Source of the DNA: Lingula anatina
Taxonomy: Eukaryota; Animalia; Brachiopoda
Direction: 5' to 3'
DNA length: 64,000 nucleotides
Assembly (NCBI GenBank): GCA_051362555.1
Contig: CM120645.1
Span: forward strand, 22,444,001-22,508,000
Positions 37,201 to 51,124 of the stretch are shown here, piece by piece. How positions within the stretch are numbered: position 1 is the stretch's first letter; the number at the start of each line of letters is the position of its first letter. The position numbers were made by a program, and so were the translations under genes. The notes under the pieces are model-generated. The model was not told where the DNA came from. It was given only the letters and a program-made list of their open reading frames with translations, and made no database searches.

Positions 37201-40195
37201 GTGTGTAACTGTAATTTTAAGGGGAATCCCCGTCAAGGAGCCATCAGTTGACTTGAGTGAACTTTTTATGTTTAGACTGGCGCATTGTATAAACACTGGA
37301 CTGGATTAATTTCAGTGTTATGGACTGTTAAATGTATAGAATCTTTAAAATTAAGACTATTTTCACATTTTGTTTAAAAGGAAAGGTTTTGTTTTCATGT
37401 GAATGGCAGGTTGACATATGTGTGAGAGAGATAGATATGCTTACAATGTTGGTTTATGTTATGTTCAGAAATTGCTCATAAACTTTGATGCATAATGCTT
37501 ATATACATACGATATTGGTTATTGAGTTTTAAAATTGTTTATTAAAGAAGGTAATTAAGGTAAAGTTAAATTGACAAAATTGTTTTGATATATGTATGTA
37601 TGTAGTATGGTAATGGATGTTAAGTTTTGGATTTATGTCAGAGTTTTGATATTTAATGATAGTTTAAGTAAATTGTGGGATTCACAATTTAAGGGAGCCA
37701 TGTAACTGACAAGTAGCTATTTTTAGACATAGTAGTGTCTTGAACATAATTGTATAATCGGTGTTGATTGTATTTAGTTTTTGCCGGCACGTGTTTGTTA
37801 GACAAGTCAGATTCTCGCAACGAGTTTCACGTTGATTCAGATGAAAGTTGTTACCAGTTGTTTCCAGTTGAAAGTTGATGAAAGTTGATGTAAGTTGACA
37901 TAAGTTGATGTTAGACAATAAACAGTACCATTTGTTACCAGTTGATGTTATATATCGTTGACAATTGAATAAAATTGGACTGACACCCGCAACACTATGA
38001 GTGTCACCAAAGGCAAATAAATGCAATTAGTAGAAAAAAACAATGAATAGCTATACATGATGACAGATTAATAGAGTTTACCCCCCCCCCCCAAAAAAAA
38101 AAAAAGAAAAAAAAAAAAAAGAAAGAAAGAAATTTAGTAAATTGAAGATTCCTAGACAACACTTATCCCAGCATGTGTCATATTGTTTAAATACTGTTGC
38201 TACGTCAATATTGATCTTTAAATTAGGAGTCAGGCTGTTTTAACAGTTTAGCAAAGTTGAAAGCAGCCAGGTCATGCTGATTCTTTCTTAATTTCAAAAA
38301 TGAAAGTAACAAAGATGCATGTTGTTTATCACCTGATTACTTGTTATTTCCTTTCATAGTTTTTGCTTTACTTTCAATTATAATAATTATAACAAAATAA
38401 ACACTCTAAATCCATTTAAAGAAAGGGAAAGACAGACCGAAAATCATGACACCATTACTTACGGAGAATTTGTAGTCTCTTCCAAAGAGCTGCAAACATT
38501 TATCCAGTGCATTATTGTTCTGAAAAGACAAGATTTATAACACAATGTGTATGGCATCATAAATCACCACAAGGCTATGATGTCTTGTGTATCAAATGCT
38601 GAATTACAGTCTTGAACATACCATACCAGTAAGCTCCAGGCCAGTCATTTCCCCCCTGGCAAGTAAAATAGTATATACTATGCTTGAGTATGACATCCCT
38701 TTGGTGTGTTAGAAATAAATAAATGCATCAACTAAATTAAGAACTTGTAGGTATCCTAATTTTCATGAGGAATTGTGCGGGTTCCTTTTTAATTAAAAAA
38801 GATCAAACTGTCCTTATTAAGAATAAAAAAATAGCAATAGGACTTCTAGTTTTTCAGACATGCTTTTTCAGGCTAGTAATACTTGAAATATACCAGCATG
38901 AACATGGATGACCGGTAATAAAAAATGGCAGTATTGGTATTCACTGTCACCTCTTCCTACTACGGCAATGTGCCATAAACAGATATAAATCATATAATAA
39001 CAATCATCTACACGCGTGTGTTTACACACGCACACACACACACACAATGCAGCTCAAACACTCTGAACTCATTTTTGTTAGTTTAACCAGCAGCCTACAA
39101 ATATAGAAAAATGAACATTTATCACTTATCTATAGTATCACAAACTATTATGACAGCTATTACATATCAATCTTATCTCTGACCCATACATAGCTTTGTA
39201 CATTAATATTTCAATAATATACTACACACTATTCTATTCCATTCCATTATATCTAAAGTGCCTCTAATGCAGACACTGAATATCAAGTCCTGCTGAGATT
39301 ACCATGCATCCGTAAATTTCAAGAAATAAAAATCAATATCTATAAGTATTTTTAGCACAAAAATGTAATTAGAGAATATTTTTATATGTGTTTCCAAAAA
39401 TAAATTCAAGATCAAGTAATCTTGCTGTAAAATTCCAAGGGAAAATAACCAATCTTCAACTTTCAGAGTAAGATACGGTCTAGCCCATTGAGTGCAGCAC
39501 TAAGTGTTATATATACTGGTATATCATGTACTAACCTATGCATTAAATGACCAATACAAAAGTCTTAATATGTAAATAAATTAGTATTATCAATTTTCAA
39601 AAACTATGAAAAAAGACTTTGAGTCATTTTTTACATCTACAAGTGTTGTATTTCATAAAAGAATTCAGATAAAAATCATGCATGTAAAAATGCTTGCCTG
39701 TGTCGTGTTGGCCTTTACATACTAAACTTAATTCATATAACCATACTCATATAAAATGTTCAGCATCGTCCCCTATGTCATAAGGTCTAAATAGCCGGCT
39801 TACACCGTATCATATGGATGCTGGCAAAGGTTCAGAAACTGTTCCAGAATAACTCTTTACTAGTATCTGTACTATTTTATAACCTTTACCCTCATTTTGT
39901 GGAAATTAAAACTGTGTCATTCAACTTCGACTTAGCCATATGTTTCTTTTCTGTGTCAAGAACATTTCAGGACCAGTAAAACAAATTACATCTGTTTCAA
40001 AAAACAAGAAACACCTGTCCTATTTAATACAACTCTGCTACAGTTTCTTTGAGCAATCAACGACAACATGGGTATTTTTCTCAATCACAGCCCTACCATT
40101 GGATCATTATCCTTTGCTCGATAAACGTTCTTCGACATGTGGTCGATCAGTCGTTTAATGTCGTCAAAACCGACCTCTTCTCTTAGCTCAGTCAT
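23850..40195 (-). CDS. MTMR14: Myotubularin-related protein 14 (Jumpy) phosphoinositide phosphatase, multi-exon (e.g. 40097-40195, 38463-38519, 31051-31148, 30264-30372, about 29871-29946, about 27005-27167, last exon 23850 to about 24057)
   Basis: Exons translate to YRAKD, CLQLFGRDY, GDLCSHYPAKLVLLEYE, ARCRGRFVAPVIL, CRSATISG, DLMVEKKK, PYPGCEFF, the catalytic CX5R motif VHCISGWDRT, YDWYLFGHNLPDRL, and the C-terminal GGLTSLLDHFAEKVGIR, all matching MTMR14. Confidence 0.95.
28703..28747. repeat. (TA)n microsatellite
   Basis: Pure TA run just after an MTMR14 splice donor. Confidence 0.95.
30511..30679. mobile_element. 169-bp MITE with CAGGGGCG termini and 5-bp TSD (TAATT)
   Basis: TAATT|CAGGGGCGTA...TCCGCCCCTG|TAATT; internal GGAAGAC/GTCTTCC repeats. 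Confidence 0.65.
31157..31241. repeat. (AAT)n(AAC)n compound microsatellite abutting an MTMR14 splice acceptor
   Basis: Direct observation. Confidence 0.95.
31522..31815 (+). repeat. 5' LTR
   Basis: TGTAAC...CAACA; identical by eye to 37701-37994; internal about 10-bp AAGTTGATG repeats and two AATAAA. Confidence 0.96.
31851..37184 (+). CDS. BEL/Pao Gag-Pol polyprotein (1777 aa)
   Basis: Gag (FDGDPLQYWNF), three Cys-His knuckles, protease ALLDSGS, RT (RVVFDC, DIEAMYHQV, FYVDD), RNase H (HHFSDAS, TIPRLEL, WTDS, NPAD), integrase (H..GH..C..C, VDYFGP, SDNGTNF, GGVWER), BEL-type C-terminus (GKDGLVR...RPIHKL). Confidence 0.97.
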   Translation: MDVQQKIEDIETASLFSSLSTSSTEARLKAKAKRMAIEAELASFEVKKHLDEQELKLKQQREKLKLDTERAKLLAEETAYAEAEMETSAPISSTKLDIQVNSTNLTQNQSSHDVIHHLVNSIQIPKVEIDKFDGDPLQYWNFIKTFENSVEKETVDSGARLIRLLHYTSGKAHGVIQCCAVMNPEDGYKKAKALLKERFGSAYTITETWVKKITTGPAIKANDVTKLRDYADELRTCAETLETMGNSSELSTQSSLVKIIERLPGYLQHKWKQEVRKIRKEERCPDIKDVTAFVVENAEIANDPVYGGLAHVKRSDSRSDSQRRPNNRWSYSITATSSQPNGDTSSQPNGDTRKSIQSPCIKCGSSHSLFGCTEFKAMKLPERLKFANDNKLCYNCLKPGHFSEMCRLQRTCSVQGCNQKHTKFLHQVKPTVTREPVHEDLSHIQTGLNTSLSAVNEVSYGAHGTRKESGMRIALPIVPVKVKVPGKAQFVHTYALLDSGSTSTFCSEELKQSIGAQGENTVLKLTTLEKEQSVSETVVISLQISDLEDKNVIDLPVVYTRPSLPVNMENMGRAEDIRKWSHLQDVNFPEIDHMNAKVSIIIGQDNPEVLMPIDVKRGQSPNEPYATKTVLGWTLNGPLGGKRRHVATATFIQADRELNEQLEQFWKIEGHGTLISDKKGLSIEDKRVLALWEDKIQHDEHYSLPIPFKDRQPHFPPNKQMAEQRLDSLKRRLSHDPNLHQAYTEFMEDLIDKGYAEQVSPEEVDKEDGRVWYLPHHNVVNLKKPDKVRVVFDCKASHQGVSLNSQVLQGPDIVNSLLGVLLRFRQHPIAIMSDIEAMYHQVKVPEVQRDSLRFLWWPKGDLEGEQKVYRMTVHLFGGRWSPSCCNFALQRTAEDNKGHYDTEVVNTVLQNFYVDDCLKSVMSETEAITMVSQLQSLLQTGGFHLTKWISNSRQVLSKIPDIDKAKPIKNLDLNLQALPTERALGVCWDIEVDSFTYKMDLEKKPLTKRGLLSVISSIYDPLGFISPFTIRAKKMLQDLTRDKIGWDEAVPYKTQVEWSGWKNSLPKMKEMKVPRCVQPVQPENIASIQLHHFSDASTMAYGVVSYLRVQDISGQIHTSLLMSKARLAPIKQLTIPRLELTAATMAVRLDYMIRQELTFPVDSSIFWTDSTCTLSYIQSEDKRFQTYVENRVSVIREGSIPSQWHYIDSKRNPADDCTRGLTAHEMVNSVRWIEGPEFLKQSECHWPETPDVKGVSDEDKELKRPKTCLAQRSESVQESVIDKILKRRSSWKKLKKDVAVILRFKQWLIARHRREKVNVPTGPLSVEETEKAELEILKYIQGQHFGKELSEINRAANSQSGVKRASKLFKLAPVMHSSGVLVVGGRLNNSAISEGIKNPVILPQHHVVDLIIDEQHKALGHSGREYVLSELRQKYWIIGARKSIRRVISKCVKCKRNNALPCQQRMADLPTARVTPNEPCFTYVGVDYFGPFLIKRGRSEVKRYGCLFSCLASRAVHIEIAQSLDTSSFINALQRFISRRGKPKKIFSDNGTNFVGAERELKAAVTEWNQSKIHDYLHQNHIDWHFNPPSASHMGGVWERSIRTVRKVLRGVVTEQVLDDENLVTLMCIVEAIVNGRPLTPVSSDPNDLEALTPNHLLLLRSGSVLPPGDFDKTDTYSKRRWRQVQYLANIFWCRWIKEYLPTLQSRQKWLEPKRNLNIGDIVLVIDEDVPRNVWPIARVINTYPGKDGLVRTVQIKTRNSILMRPIHKLCLLEEAQ
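37701..37994 (+). repeat. 3' LTR
   Basis: Direct repeat of 31522-31815. Confidence 0.96.
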
Positions 40196-40475
40196 TTTAA
40201 GTGGCCTTATCGTCTGTGCGCTTACAAATCGTTAAAGACGCCTCCACTTCCTCATCTTCCGCCGTCTGACATGATATTTCACTTACCGCGCATGCGTTTG
40301 TTTTGACATATGCATTGGAAGTTCTCATTGGTGATTTAGGGGAAACCACGTCCAATGAAAACAAGTGTAATAAATTTTAGTAAAATAAAATCTAGGTCAA
40401 TCAGTGTCGGGTTCAAGGTCAAAATAAGATGGCAACAACGTGTGTTCTGTAGTAAGCCTGGATTTACATAAAACC
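40196..40475. promoter_or_regulatory. Probable bidirectional promoter between MTMR14 and TRMU
   Basis: Divergent ATGs separated by 280 bp. NRF1-like GCGCATGCG at 40288, CCAAT boxes at 40314, 40327 and 40352, YY1-like AAGATGGC at 40426. Confidence 0.65.
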
Positions 40476-43618
<3,143 letters not shown>

Positions 43619-44338
43619 CACATTGATTTTCGATCTTAAATTTTTATATATGGAATTTTGTTTAACTGAGACGTTGGTTGTCAGACTTTTTTTATAGATC
43701 AATTTATTTAATATTTAAAAAATATGGATGCAAGATAGAAGGTTTTTCTTTCTCTCTATCAGGGTCTGTCTGGTATTTCATCATGTGGCGTTTATAAATT
43801 AAACGGATGAGAAAAATATCAAGGTATAATATCCATACCAAATAGAACCTGCAGGCAGCGGCTGAAATTACTTTGATTGCAAAATTTGAAAAAAAAAAGA
43901 AAAATAAAAAGTCTTATGGCCCATTTCAGTGCCAGTTACACTAATGCATTGTAATGACATTTGATTTAACAATAAACTGTTTTAAATCTCGTAACCATTA
44001 CGTACTGAATAATGGGTCCAAGATTAAATGGGATAATAAAAAAGAGCAGTTGTCATTAGATGGTTTATTTATCCTATACACTCGAAGGGCGTTTGTGAAA
44101 ACTTTAAAAAATTGCTCTGAATAATCTAGTGATTGCGAAAGGTCAACTGCATGGTGCACACTCATTAGTAACAAACGTTTCTCTGATGGAGAGTACAGTT
44201 AGATCTCGTGAATTTGTGCGTATTGCCAAACTTGGCGTACGCCGGTCAAAATCGTCCATGTTGCCTCTTGTAACACTGTACAAAACATGAACTGTGTATT
44301 GCACCTCGAAAACAACTTTTGATTGTAGGGCGGCAGTG

Positions 44339-47300
44339 TTAAATAATGCCGGCGGTGCAGTCGTCATTGGCGTTAATATTCCATGAATTCCCCATACCGG
44401 ACCTTAGTATCTGACTCCACCAGTAACGCGGCCCCGTTCTTGCTCTCGTCCTCGACCAGGTCAATGAATGCATTGGCCACAGTGGCGGGGCTGAAATAAA
44501 TTATAATGTAAATTATATTTATTTATTTATATTATAGTGTAAAACGTAAGGTGAGATTGTGTGAAAGAGATTTATTATTTATCACGGTACATGTTTCGGA
44601 CTCGTTGAGATAATAAGATTGATAAAACACCGTTTCTCAAGCGTCTATGCGTCAACATTGTTCATTAACAGATTGACACAATGTCAAGCGAGAAAACCGA
44701 TCGAATTTCAAACGTGTTTTAAAAAATCAGTAGCGCTTTTTAATCGATATTTACGGAAGTTTATTGAAGCTGCTAGTATTTCAGTCTCGTTGATATAGAT
44801 ACAGTATAGCCGTTAAAAAAATTAATCCAAATTAATCCAATATCAGGATCTAACTATTAAAGCGTTCATCGCATGCCATGGTTTCACCGAGTTTAGTTCC
44901 ACTCACTTTATAGACTTAATATGGGACAGGTCCTCGGCGAAGAGCTCTGGCTGAAGAACGCCCTTCTCTCTCAATGTTTCCAGGTTGAGTGACCGGATGA
45001 AGGGCGTGTCCGTCATGTCTGGACATAGACAGTTCATCCGTACCAGATGGTCATCATAGTCTAGACTGTACTGGATATAGGAAAAATACAGGTATATGGA
45101 AAATGCTGTTTGAACATCTCGAATAGCGAGAGGTGTGTTTATATTAACGGTGAATTATGACATATTTCATGGTGAATTCTCTTTTACACTAAATCAGTTT
45201 ATTTATTTACAAAATTATTTATTTATCTCTTTATTAATTGTGCTTGTTACCAATGTATTTATTAATTAACTCGGGAACAATCCAATCGACTAGTCAATTA
45301 CCCTGCACCTAACCACAGTTCAACACACTGTAACAAAACAGAAAGCATTCACAAAAAGTTGATCTGCGGAATAACTGGTCCGCGTATCAAATATGGCGAG
45401 CACTTGACAATGTCTCCCACACACACACACCGTCCCAGCAAGGGCAGAGCAATTAATCTTGGCACGCTTTCAAGTGGGTGGCGCCATATTTGATCCGCAG
45501 ATCTGTTAGTCAGCGGATCGACTTGCTCTGAATGAGCCCTCATAGACTGTAAAATACGGCATATCTGTACTAACCCCCCATGCTCTGGTGAATCCTACGA
45601 TGCCAGCTTTAGAAGCACTGTAGACGGGACTGTTGTCATTGGGATCCAAGCCTGCATAGAAAGGTAAAATTGTTTCTTAATATTCCAAGTAGTCAGTGTG
45701 CCGGGTAAGCATTTAGTTTACCAGTAAGTGCCTTAAACGCATTTTCCGTGATATCTTCCTAACGGAGGAACATTAAATATCAATCAAATGGTCGGAATTG
45801 ATTTTTAACGCAAACATCAAATGGACGCACCGCTTCGTCGTACTTGGGTCAATACCCAAGTATAATTAATTTAGGCTTCTAGTAACCAATATTTCATGTT
45901 TACTATGTTTACTATGATTACCTGCCATGGAAGCTGAGTTTATAATAACTCCTCCGTTTCCTCCTCTGTCTTTCCTCATGTATTTCATGGCCGTATTGGC
46001 GACTCGTATGATGCCCAACTGAACAAAGTGAAACATTTTGCAAATTTTCTTTTTGCACAAACTATTGAATTTTTGAGTTAGTCAGATATACGCGCACATG
46101 ACAATCCGACATCTTTTTCAGATCGTACTGACGTCACTAGGAATGTGTGACGTCACTTGGTGTGTGACGTCATGTAAAAAGATGACAGACTGACGTCAAA
46201 ACGTATCTTTGAGTACCTTTAAGATTTGCTATCTGCTATCTTTTGGAAACTGGCTAACTTCTTTCAACAAATGAAGTGAGGCATTTGACGAGATATGTAA
46301 CGGGAAAAGCTTCTCAGATGCAGATTAGTGTTTATATTCTCAATATGTAGAACTTCACTTGTCAATTTATCTCTTTCAATTTATGCTGTAAAATATTACC
46401 CAACTAACCTTTTGGTCTCGCGAATCAACCAATTGACCGTTACAACAAATACTCACCAGGTTGACGTTGATGCAGTATTCGTAATCTTTCTCATTGAGAA
46501 TCCCAACATTGTTACCAACAATGTCAATACGGCCATACCTGTCCACCGTATTTTTAATTGCATCTAAACAGAAACAGTTAAAAACTTGAAGATAAAACAC
46601 AAAATTTTGATTTACTGTATTTCTGCGTATTTTTGCTTTTTTTTTCTTCTAAATTTCGAATAGTGACATCGCAATCAATCTCCCCTTTGCTGTTCATATA
46701 CAGAGACTAAGTGAGATAAAACCATACTATAAGAATCCAGCACGTTGATAAATCACTATATCATTTAAATATTTTATGATATTTACTTATAGGGTGCGTT
46801 CACAATGAATCTATGGGACCGTTCACATGGAAAGTCTATTTTCTAAAAATCCATTTTCTATTTGCGGTATCTTGTGATCACGGTCTGTGCCCTGAATATC
46901 CCGCGGCGTAATTACTGGCAGCGCGAGCCGTGATCACAAGATACCGCGAATAGAAAATAGATTTTTAGAAAATAGACTTTCCATGTGAACGGTCCCTATG
47001 GCACCAGCTAGTGCGCACTTACGCCTCCTCCTGGAGTCGAGCAGAATACAGAAAAAGCTTGCGTTTATACGAGTACGACGGAAACAAGCGGGGGCGTGTT
47101 AGTCTGCTGATCCGGTTGCATTCAGCAGGAGTCCCCGTGGAGTTAGTGCGCAGTGGCTCGTACGATAGATTCATTGTGACCGCACCCGTATATTTATTAC
47201 CATGACGACAAAGGAAAATTGTTTCCCTTTTACTCACTTTCAACGCTATCTGTCAGAGTTACGTCGCATTTTGTAAATAATACATTTTCTTCGCCGTACA

Positions 47301-50040
47301 ATTTCGCAAAATCTACTTCGACTTCTTTTCCTCGATCAGAATCTCGTGCCGCTATTACAACCTATGATGAAACAGAATATTAAGAATAATAAAAGCAAGA
47401 AGTTAGATATCAAGGAACTTGACATTTTGTTTGTTTCTACTGGTACGCGTGAGCCGAGGGCAGTGTGCTCACGCACGCGGAGAGTTTGTGTGAAGATGAA
47501 TAATAAAAATAAAACAGAATATGAAATAAAAATTATAAAACATTCTGATGGGAGGATATTTATTTTTTTTTCTAACTTTTTTTTCCGAGCTGCATCTTTG
47601 TTACTCTTACATCCCGTGTTTAACAGTAATGACGATGACTACTCTACAGTGCACTTACGGTGCTCCGTAACAGTATTTAAAGGGATAATAACTCTTCGTA
47701 TGAGATCTATATTTCACAATAAAACATTGTGAACAACTCGTAGAAATATAATATATTCTGTTGTACCACAAAAACGGCAGTTATAGCTATTATTCTGATA
47801 CCTGTGCTTGTCTTTAGACCACGTGACCTCCATTGATGGCTATACTCTGTTATAATCTCTTAAGAGATTATAACAAAAAAGCATACTTTTTAGAAAAAAA
47901 ACAGGGACTAACTTTGAATGTAAAAATGGATTCATTAATCATATGTAAGTATGGGAAAATTGTTGTTTACTCCAGGAAAATTCATTTTTGGCCAAAATGA
48001 AGAGTTATTATCCCTTTAAAAATTTCGTCTAGGCAAGGAGATCGGAATGGCACAATTCGGGAGACGCGGAGGGCCCCTTACCTTTGCGCCCTTTTTCAGC
48101 AGCGCGTCCGCTATGGCGTGCCCTATACCCTGTGTACCACCTGTGACAAACGCTACCTTACCATGAATAAGGCCGGTATCTTTGCTGCAATATAACACAT
48201 TAAAACCTTGAAATTAATGCATCAATAAACAGACAATTATTTGTATCTAACATAAATGATGCGCAACGATATTTATCAAATAAACGGTTCCAGGCCTACC
48301 CAACTACCAGACTCGGCACCTAAGGATCCTGAATTAACCGGTATATCGGACCACGCTACCCGTTTTCAAGGTGTGTGTCAGATCGCATTTCGGAGAATCA
48401 TACCCCAGAATAAATTTTGTAGCACGACTACGGGCTCATCCACGCTCGGCTGAACAACCTGAAACTGTACTCTTACTTTAGAGTACTCTATTTTATTGTC
48501 TCTATGGGGGGTATATGGGGACTTTACGACATTCGGTTTGAATGTTTTAACCACTTTTGATAGGGCTTTTTTGCATTGTATTAGATTAATGTGGCAGTCT
48601 TAGGTTCATCTAGGTGGCTTTCAAATTTATGCGCCCGGTTCTAAAATCATATAGCGATTTTACGACAATCGTTTACTATCCAATCAAAGTGACAGCCGAG
48701 CATGCCAGGGCTCATCCTGTCGGTGTTCTGGCTGATACTCCGAAATGCGATCTGACACACACCTTGAAAACGGGTAGTATGGTCCGATATACCGGTTAAT
48801 TCAGGATCCTTAGGTGCCGAGTCTGGTAGTTGGGTAGGCCTGGGTTCTTATATGGGGTAAAAGATGACGTCCTGAATGGAGATTTCTAGAATTATACAGC
48901 CATCATATAATTGCCAAGTATGGACTCTCTCTCTCTTTCACGGTCCCATAATTTTCGTTCATTCCCATCTGTTAAGAGTACGTGCATTTACGCTCAGGTG
49001 ATGATGAATACGAAGCCTTAAGGAGAGCTTTAACAATGGCTGTTCACATAGCGGAAAGGAGGAACGACTCCCAGTCCTTAACTATAACACAAGTAGCAAA
49101 AAAAGTGCATTTTCAAACGTTTTCTTTTGTTGAACTATCGTCACAAAGAATAAAGATAAAAACATATCTAAATGTGTTGATAGCTGTATTTTATATTATA
49201 TACCGTCCACTACGGCCAATTAGAGAACTTTTTCACTAAAAGTTCACAGATATTTTACGCTGGCTATTCACTAGCTGTACATAATTGTGTTGGGTGACGA
49301 TTTTTTTTTTCAGTAGAGCTACGTCATCACAGACCTCAAGCATAGAGAGCATACTAAATTAACTGAGCGCAACGTTTCACCTACTTCCCATATAATATAA
49401 ACACCTTACCTGGCGTCCGTGTGACACACTTTATATGAAGGATGTTCCAGTCTAAACTAAGCAACCTATTTTCAAATGCGTAAAATGTCAACACTACATA
49501 TATTATTATGTACATATACATCGGGGTTGGGGATGCTGTGCTTATTTGTATGGGCCTCAATTGCACCCCACAATATCACTTTATAAAGAATTAGAGAGAT
49601 GAAGTGCACAACCTACAGCTGATCGTTGCTTTGGTGAGGAGAGTGAATGTGCAGATGTAGGTTGGGAGGTAAAATTGTATATTTAAATCTACCTCTCCGT
49701 GAAACCTCCCTATATATATGGGATTATGGAAGGTTTTAGAAACTCATTAAAGCAAATGGAATATCCCTAATACTGAGATATTAATTAATGTCTATGAATT
49801 ATAACACACGTGTGAATATGTGCATTCACTTACCGAGGTACCATATGCTGAAAACTGATCATAGAACACACACAGTGCAATTAACACGTGCCCCAGCCCC
49901 ACCCCACCCCCCCACGCATCCAAACCACCTCGCAATCTCCGACTCCAGTCTTACCTAGATTTTTGAGATATCAGGACGCCATATAATAAAGCAAAGATAA
50001 TCGGGGCGACAACCAGCAATACGTGATAGGAAGTCTTCAT
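44339..50040 (-). CDS. HPGD: 15-hydroxyprostaglandin dehydrogenase-like SDR with an N-terminal hydrophobic anchor; exons 49955-50040, 48082-48184, 47238-47361, 46457-46563, 45922-46018, 45575-45651, 44907-45070, 44339-44490
   Basis: TGGTQGIG, CDVT, DIVGNNVG, GGNGGVIINSASMAG, YSASK, NCLCP. Internal exon lengths 124/107/97/77/164 match my recollection of vertebrate HPGD. Orthologue versus paralogue cannot be resolved here. Confidence 0.85.
46815..46996. mobile_element. Palindromic PIF/Harbinger-like MITE
   Basis: TAT|GGGACCGTTCACATGG...CCATGTGAACGGTCCC|TAT; arms of about 65 bp; 3-bp TSD; a further partial TIR (GGGTGCGTTCACA) at about 46792. Confidence 0.8.
48291..48842. mobile_element. 552-bp non-autonomous TIR element with about 110-bp TIRs and 5-bp TSD (GGTTC)
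   Basis: GGTTC|CAGGCCTACCCAACTACCAGACTCGG...CCGAGTCTGGTAGTTGGGTAGGCCTG|GGTTC. Confidence 0.85.
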
Positions 50041-50622
50041 TCTGCCGAATGGTCGCCAGTCGCACTAAACACGTTTTGCATGATAATAACGACGATGATC
50101 CTAGTGTACACGGTTGGGGCTTAGTTTAAACTGGAGAAGATATATCCAATTAGAAATGAGTAAACGTGGTAGTGTAATCCTATTCAACTCCTCTCGTCTG
50201 AGAAATGACTGTTCCCCACTATATAGTGATTGTCCACAAATAATATGTAATATAATTATATGGTAATAATAATAATAATAATAGTGAATGTCTGGGACCA
50301 GGGCCCTCTTTCTCTGTCACTTTTACAATTTTGGCTCATTTTTCATCGCACGCTTGCTACCCGCATCCCTAAAGTCTTTGTTAAGTGTTAGATTGGAAGA
50401 TTTATTATACGGGGACGTGAATAGGCGTCTCCTTAACGTAATGGCGGGACAAAGTCTTCACCTGTCGTAAAAAATGAAATATATGCATGAATTATACAAA
50501 ACAATACGGATGATGCACTGGTATAAGTAAATGAAAAAAATAAAACGAAATGTATAAATGGTGGACAAATATTAGGCTTTTTGGAAGAATGAATGAATGA
50601 ACGAATCAATGAACGTGACGAA

Positions 50623-50661
<39 letters not shown>

Positions 50662-51124
50662 AAATACACTGGAAATGTCAGTGGCAGTTCATAGAACAAA
50701 AGGCATGCTTCCCAAAAAGTAACAAATGGCTACTTTTTGTCAACGGCGGTTGCTTCATATGCAAGTGTAATATATCTGTTTTATCCGTGATCAAAGTGCA
50801 CTGTCAAAAACAACTGGAGTCCTTTTGCGAACATTCATCAGTTCTCAATCTGAAATCTGAGGCCATCTGTGAAACGGTCACCAAACCGTTCATAGTATTG
50901 CGCTGTTGGTAGCTCAGCCGATTTTCCCTAGTGTGCGCCTGCCTTAGGGTGTGTCGTCACGCTTGACCACCGGTTTACTGGTGGACTGAACCAGAAATGA
51001 CCATCTGTTTGCGTCCCTACAGAGGACAGTACACTTCTTACTGAGGAGTAGGCCTTTGATTGGTGTGCGGTGAAATACGTGTGTGGAAACTTTTTTAAAT
51101 TGTGAGAATATAAACTTTATTTTG

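Larger units (their letters stand above)
31522..37994 (+). mobile_element. Full-length BEL/Pao LTR retrotransposon in MTMR14 intron 2, antisense to the host gene
   Basis: Two 294-bp TG...CA LTRs, CTATG TSD (31517-31521 and 37995-37999), PPT AAGGGAGCCA before the 3' LTR, single gag-pol ORF. Confidence 0.97.

Noticed and set aside
39750-39940. Short minus-strand ORF (MAKSKLND...) as the MTMR14 start
   Set aside because: It ends in a stop, and the exon at 40097-40195 carries the conserved YRAKD motif and splices in phase.
50905-50950. tRNA/SINE A-box-like GGTAGCTCAG
   Set aside because: No B box or cloverleaf; it is homologous to the upstream region of methyltransferase copy 3 (about 57838).
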